NCBI GenBank assembly: GCA_958296135.2
Contig: CATQHZ020000001.1
Location: 768,001-832,000, forward strand
Reading direction: 5' to 3'
DNA: 64,000 bases
Source of the DNA: an uncultured Poribacteria bacterium
GTDB taxonomy: Bacteria; Poribacteria; WGA-4E; WGA-3G
The translations under genes were made by a program, and so were the position numbers. Below, piece by piece: positions 59,376 through 64,000 of the stretch (the stretch's first letter is position 1; each line of letters opens with the position of its first letter). Under the pieces are notes generated by a model that did not search any database, was not told where the DNA came from, and saw only the letters and a program-made list of their open reading frames with translations.

Positions 59376-59867
59376 ATGGAATTTTACATGCCGCTTTCCA
59401 ACGTCTCTGAAACGATAGGCGTTGAGGAAGAAATCATCAAAAACACGTTAGAACGTCGGGACGCGGATATTGAACCGTATCTGCGCGTCGTCTCTGCGCG
59501 CGCCGAGGGGAACAGCGCAACGAAGCCGCAATTGCAACTCCGCGTCGATGGGCTCGCACCCTTGATTAAGAAACTCTCCTACAACATCCCGACAGATGAC
59601 ATCATCGAGAATCTCATTTGTCAGATCGTGCTTCTCACGCATATCACTGAAATGAACGTGCGCTTGGAAGATGAGAATCAGGCGTTGCGCGCCGAGAACC
59701 AGCACCTCCGCGAGACAGTCGCTGCTCTGGACGAAGAGAACGACGAACTCGTCGCGAAGGTTGAGGAGAATCAGCAGCTGCATGTGCAGGTTGAGGACTT
59801 GACAAGCCAACTCAAGGAGAAAGAGGCGAAAACGTGGGTGGCACGTATCTTCCCAGGGCGGGATTGA
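59376..59867 (+). CDS. Hypothetical coiled-coil protein
   Basis: Heptad-rich C-terminal half ending WVARIF. Confidence 0.7.
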   Translation: MEFYMPLSNVSETIGVEEEIIKNTLERRDADIEPYLRVVSARAEGNSATKPQLQLRVDGLAPLIKKLSYNIPTDDIIENLICQIVLLTHITEMNVRLEDENQALRAENQHLRETVAALDEENDELVAKVEENQQLHVQVEDLTSQLKEKEAKTWVARIFPGRD

Positions 59868-59921
59868 TTCGCATTCCCAGTGGGCGCGGTTTGAAACCGC
59901 ACCTATGTTTGAGACATCACG

Positions 59922-60506
59922 ATGACAAAAACAAGACGAAATCAACTGCTTGCGATCGTGCTCTTCGGGCTCGGACTTCTCTTTCTCTATCAAGGCGGAA
60001 CGTTGCTTAAAGGCATCGCGCTGGTGCTGCTGAGCGTCGCTGCCATTCTAGGCGGCACCGCGTTCTCGAACAAACGGCGGATTGAAATCCTCGCGGGACT
60101 CGGCTTGCTCGTCGGGGTAGTGTTCCTCTATTTTCCTGCATTGACATCCCTGCGCGGCTCGGCATTTCATCTCCTGTTTGCCAGCGCAATCGCGTTTGGC
60201 ATGACGACTTCAGCAAGGCGATTCGCGACCGTCGGGGCGGCACTCTGTGCAGTTACCGGCCTTGTGTTTCTCTATCAACCGTTCGTGCCGGGCCTTGGTA
60301 AAACCACTCTCCACCTATTGCTACCGGGGATAACTGTCTTCTCAATCGTCTCCGCGCAAACGACGTTGTGTGAACGCATTTCGATTGGGTTAATTGCCCT
60401 CGGATTGGTTTCACTGTGTCAACCGTTTCTAATGCTGTTTTATCAGACCGGCTTCCAGTTGTTGCTTGCCGGCTTAACGGGGTTTATTGTCGTTGCGCAC
60501 CGCTAA
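59922..60506 (+). CDS. Hypothetical membrane protein with internally repeated TM hairpins
   Basis: Repeated LG.V.LYQPF-like segments. Confidence 0.7.
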   Translation: MTKTRRNQLLAIVLFGLGLLFLYQGGTLLKGIALVLLSVAAILGGTAFSNKRRIEILAGLGLLVGVVFLYFPALTSLRGSAFHLLFASAIAFGMTTSARRFATVGAALCAVTGLVFLYQPFVPGLGKTTLHLLLPGITVFSIVSAQTTLCERISIGLIALGLVSLCQPFLMLFYQTGFQLLLAGLTGFIVVAHR

Positions 60507-60618
60507 TGCCTGTCGGAGTTACGCAAATGCGATAGTGCCTCGTCTGGTAGGGGCTGTTTGTCACCGCGCATGTCCCCAAGAACGCGCTTGCAAAGCGTGC
60601 CTACGGAGTTTTGCTTCT

Positions 60619-61728
60619 ATGTCCTCAACTCCATCTCTCCGCGTTATCATCGTTGGCGCGGGTATCATCGGTGCCTCGCTTGCCTATTACCTATCACGTC
60701 GCTCGCGTATTACCGTGACGGTGCTGGAGCGCGACGTGCCGGGCACCGGCGCGTCCGGGCATTCTTTCGCCTGGGTGAACGCCTTCGGCAAAGACCCGGG
60801 GCACTACCACTCTCTCAATCGGCGTTCGCTGGATATGTGGTACCGGCTCGCGCATCAATTGGATACCGATATCGGCCTGCATGTCGGCGGCGAGATGCGG
60901 TGGGAGAATCAGCGTGAACCTGCCGAACGGTTGAAACAACGCATCCGACAACTCCAACATTGGGGATATCCGTGCCGGCTTATCTCGCGTGAGGAGATGA
61001 TGGCACTGGAACCGCACCTATCCCCCGGTGCGGTGCTGGCCGCCTCCTTTTCCGAGGCAGACCTGCATGTAGAAACGGACGCATTCATCAATGCCTGCCT
61101 CCGCCACGCGGTTGTGCATCCGCACACGACAGTCACAGGTTTTGTCAAGCACAACGGACGCATCACTGCCGTGAAAACAGCAGACGCTGAATTTCCGTGC
61201 GATGTCGCCGTTTTAGCGAGTGGCGTTCAGACTACCGAATTGGCCGCGCTTGCAACTGTCTCGATGCCACAGCAGCGGAGTCCGGGGATTGTGATTAAGA
61301 CAACGCCTTGCGCCGAGGTTCTCCACAACGTAGCCGTTCTTCACGCGCCGCCGGACGATGAAGGCTGTCAACATCTCCATCTACGGCAACTCGCCGATGG
61401 CAGCCTCAGGATTGGGCAAGGCACGCAGGAGGGGATAAACCGCGATGCTTCGCAACAGCATGCCGATGCGCTCCTCGCCCGCGCCAAAGTTTATTTGCCC
61501 GACATTGGGGACGCGGCAGCGATTCCTACGCCGGTAGGCTATCGTCCGATGCCGCTTGATGGATTCCCGGTGCTTGGGTTTACGTCAGCGGTGCCGAATC
61601 TGTATGTCGCCTTGATGCACAGCGGCGTAACGTTGGCACCTTTGGTAGGCGAAATGGCGGCGTTAGAGATTGCCGATGGCGCGCGGGTGGATTTGTTTGC
61701 GCCGTATCGGCCGGAAAGGTTTGTGTAA
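60619..61728 (+). CDS. FAD-dependent oxidoreductase (DAO/glycine oxidase family)
   Basis: VIIVGAGIIG, GASGHSFAW, GYRPMPLDG.P, HSGVTLAP; the ORF-track extension is REP DNA. Confidence 0.9.
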   Translation: MSSTPSLRVIIVGAGIIGASLAYYLSRRSRITVTVLERDVPGTGASGHSFAWVNAFGKDPGHYHSLNRRSLDMWYRLAHQLDTDIGLHVGGEMRWENQREPAERLKQRIRQLQHWGYPCRLISREEMMALEPHLSPGAVLAASFSEADLHVETDAFINACLRHAVVHPHTTVTGFVKHNGRITAVKTADAEFPCDVAVLASGVQTTELAALATVSMPQQRSPGIVIKTTPCAEVLHNVAVLHAPPDDEGCQHLHLRQLADGSLRIGQGTQEGINRDASQQHADALLARAKVYLPDIGDAAAIPTPVGYRPMPLDGFPVLGFTSAVPNLYVALMHSGVTLAPLVGEMAALEIADGARVDLFAPYRPERFV

Positions 61729-61900
61729 GCCCAGGTTTCTCTATCTGTCTGCTCGCTGTTGGTGGTGGAAAAGGTGGGCGGATATAGGAATCCGCCCTTA
61801 CAGTGCCTTGAAAACGGAATCGCGCTGCGTTAAAAAAAGATTTGAATTTTCACGTGCAATTTGGTATAATTATCTGCACATAACAGAGGAGAAGACTCCC

Positions 61901-62095
61901 ATGGAAATGACAATTACGCTAAACAAAGAGCAGACGCAACAATTAGAGCAGTTGGCAAAGCACTGCTCGGTTCATCCGCAAGAATTGGTGCGCGCTGCGA
62001 TTAACGATTTTCTCACGCGCCCTAATGAAAATTTCCTTCGTTCCGCGCATTATGTTGTGGAGAAAAACGAAGAGTTGTACAAACGGCTCAGCTAA
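61901..62095 (+). CDS. Ribbon-helix-helix antitoxin-like protein
   Basis: MTITL...LEQLA...ELVRAAI..FL...KNEELYKRLS; SD GAGGAG. Confidence 0.7.
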   Translation: MEMTITLNKEQTQQLEQLAKHCSVHPQELVRAAINDFLTRPNENFLRSAHYVVEKNEELYKRLS

Positions 62096-62102
62096 GGGTT
62101 TA

Positions 62103-62190
62103 CCTTTTCGTGCAGAAAAATAATAGGTTTGCCCCTTTTCGTGCAGAAACCCTCCGATTTTTCGATTTTGAGAGTGGCACATAAATTGCT
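62103..62190 (+). promoter_or_regulatory. Sigma54 promoter with two upstream enhancer-like direct repeats
   Basis: TGGCAC-ataaa-TTGCT at 62175-62190; CCTTTTCGTGCAGAAA at 62103 and 62134. Confidence 0.7.
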
Positions 62191-62322
62191 TGAGAGACTC
62201 TCAAAGGGACGGATATAGAAATCCGCCCTTACCAATAAAGGCTCCGTAGGCGCGCTTTCAAAGCGCGCCTACCGGTAGTGTTATGGAATCTAAGGATTCA
62301 GATTTTTCGGAGGTTTGAAACA

Positions 62323-63981
62323 ATGCGTATCAAAAGATTTTCCGGGGCACTTGCGATTTCGTTGGTGCTTCACCTCGTTGTTGTGTTCGTAGCCGGGGTT
62401 TATTATTACGCGGACCGGAGCGTACAATTTCACGCTCAGGATTGGGTAGGTATTATTCATCTGCCTGAGCCGCCGAAGCCGATACTACGCGCTTGTCTAC
62501 CCCGCGCGGCTCACAGCGTTTCTGTGTTCAATGTTACCCATGCACCGCAAACAGGAGCGGAGTCAGGTTACCACTCGCAGGGATTGAACCCACCTAACGG
62601 CGCGCCCTTCCACGATGTCTTCTTTGAGCATCACGGCACCCATCCGTTTATTGACACGGAAGACGATGCCTTCTCGACATTTGCGATGGACGTGGATACC
62701 GCGTCCTATTCGGTGACGCGCCGCTTCCTGAAGGATGGCCACCTTCCGCCGCCGGAAGCAGTACGCGTGGAGGAGTTTGTCAACGCCTTTGATTACGATT
62801 ACACGCCGCCATCGGGAGAGGCATTTGCTGTCCATCTGGAGGGTGCGCCTTCCAAATTTGGCGAAGGCGAACGGCTAAAGTTGCTGCGCATCGGCATCCA
62901 GGGCCGCGTCATCGCAGACGAAGACCGGAAGGATGCAAACCTGACGTTCGTGATAGACGTTTCCGGCTCAATGTTTTATGAAAACCGGTTGGAGTTAGTG
63001 AAGCGCGCATTGACGCTCCTGCTTGAGCAACTCCGCCCTGGAGATGGGGTGGGCATCGTCGTTTACGGTTCTAACGCTCGAGTTGTGCTGCCGCATACCG
63101 GGATTCAGAACCGCGAACATATTCTCGCAGTCATCAACTCCCTCGTGCCAGATGGCGCGACGAACGCCGAAGAAGGGCTGCGGATGGGATACGAGCTCGC
63201 TCTCAAGAATGCTCGCGTGGGATGCATCAACCGCGTGATTCTGTGTTCCGATGGCGTTGCCAATGTCGGAGAAACAGGGGCTGAGGCGATTCTCAAAGAA
63301 AGTCGTACCTACGTTGACGAAGGAATCACCTTGACGACGGTAGGCGTTGGCATGGGCAATTACAACGATGTCCTGATGGAGCAACTCGCCAACAACGGCA
63401 ACGGCAGTTACGCCTACGTGGATACGCTCGCCGAGGCGAAGCGCGTCTTTGTGGAGAATCTGACTGGCACGTTGCAAGTCATCGCCAAAGATGCGAAGAT
63501 TCAAGTTGAATTCAACACGAAAGTGGTGAGTCGGTTTCGGCTGCTTGGTTATGAGAACCGCCGGCTGGCGCACGAGGACTTCCGCAATGACACGGTGGAT
63601 GCTGGCGAAGTTGGCTCGGGACACAGCGTCACCGCGCTTTATGAGGTGAAGCTTCACCCCGCGGCTATCGGCCGCCTTGCGACTGTCTTCATCCGACACG
63701 AAGACCCGGGGACAAACGAGGTAACGGAGGTGCAGCAGTCTATCGCCACGGCGGACTTGAGAGAAACGTTTGGCGCGGCATCTTCAGCGTTCCAATTGGC
63801 AGTGTCCGTGGCCGAGTTCGCCGAACTGTTGCGCGGGAGTTATTGGGCAGAAAAGGGGAGTTTCGCGGCGGTGAGAGAAACGCTTGCGAGCATCGGCCCG
63901 GCATCGCGCACGCAGCAGGAAGAAGAACTCATCGGGCTCGTGCGGGAGGCGATTCGGTTGAAAGTGAGGAAGGATGGATAA
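62323..63981 (+). CDS. YfbK-like von Willebrand factor A domain protein (DUF3520)
   Basis: STFAMDVDTASY, VRVEEFVNAF.Y, FVIDVSGSM, ILCSDG.ANVG, IAKD.KIQVEFN, GYENR. Confidence 0.92.
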   Translation: MRIKRFSGALAISLVLHLVVVFVAGVYYYADRSVQFHAQDWVGIIHLPEPPKPILRACLPRAAHSVSVFNVTHAPQTGAESGYHSQGLNPPNGAPFHDVFFEHHGTHPFIDTEDDAFSTFAMDVDTASYSVTRRFLKDGHLPPPEAVRVEEFVNAFDYDYTPPSGEAFAVHLEGAPSKFGEGERLKLLRIGIQGRVIADEDRKDANLTFVIDVSGSMFYENRLELVKRALTLLLEQLRPGDGVGIVVYGSNARVVLPHTGIQNREHILAVINSLVPDGATNAEEGLRMGYELALKNARVGCINRVILCSDGVANVGETGAEAILKESRTYVDEGITLTTVGVGMGNYNDVLMEQLANNGNGSYAYVDTLAEAKRVFVENLTGTLQVIAKDAKIQVEFNTKVVSRFRLLGYENRRLAHEDFRNDTVDAGEVGSGHSVTALYEVKLHPAAIGRLATVFIRHEDPGTNEVTEVQQSIATADLRETFGAASSAFQLAVSVAEFAELLRGSYWAEKGSFAAVRETLASIGPASRTQQEEELIGLVREAIRLKVRKDG

Positions 63982-64000
63982 GTCCCGCGAACCTATTCCT

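Noticed and set aside
60487-60618. Cys-rich N-terminal extension of the oxidoreductase
   Set aside because: Translation of family B REP palindromes

Overview
A 64 kb, GC-rich bacterial chromosomal window with about 50 probable genes. I found no rRNA, tRNA, CRISPR array or transposase. Gene content suggests Candidatus Poribacteria, but this is an inference: PhyH dioxygenases, a sulfatase, LamG proteins with a C-terminal 'V-x-x-x-x-K-L-x-x-T-W' tail, a WD40/dockerin protein with a 'NYPNPFNPETWIPY' tail, and a PorV-like barrel. Housekeeping genes (uvrB, hisB, glgP, glgC, queC, glycerate kinase) are mixed with catabolic and secreted proteins. Intergenic DNA is dense with GTAG-type REP hairpins, some carrying inserted cargo and some translated inside genes. 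The most striking unexplained feature is an almost fully base-paired region of about 390 bp (57056-57441). It holds three copies of a three-way-junction motif (GTAG-G[stem]C-CGAAGAT-[stem]-TGC) with unrelated but complementary stems, in both orientations, one nested inside another. It also has two mutually exclusive long-range pairings next to the RBS of an orphan membrane-anchored protein. Other candidates are a DprA fused to a restriction-type nuclease domain, an AAA-ATPase/PIN pair, a poly-Pro leader peptide upstream of a patatin, and a sigma54 promoter with tandem enhancer sites. All product calls come from motif recognition by eye; no searches were run.
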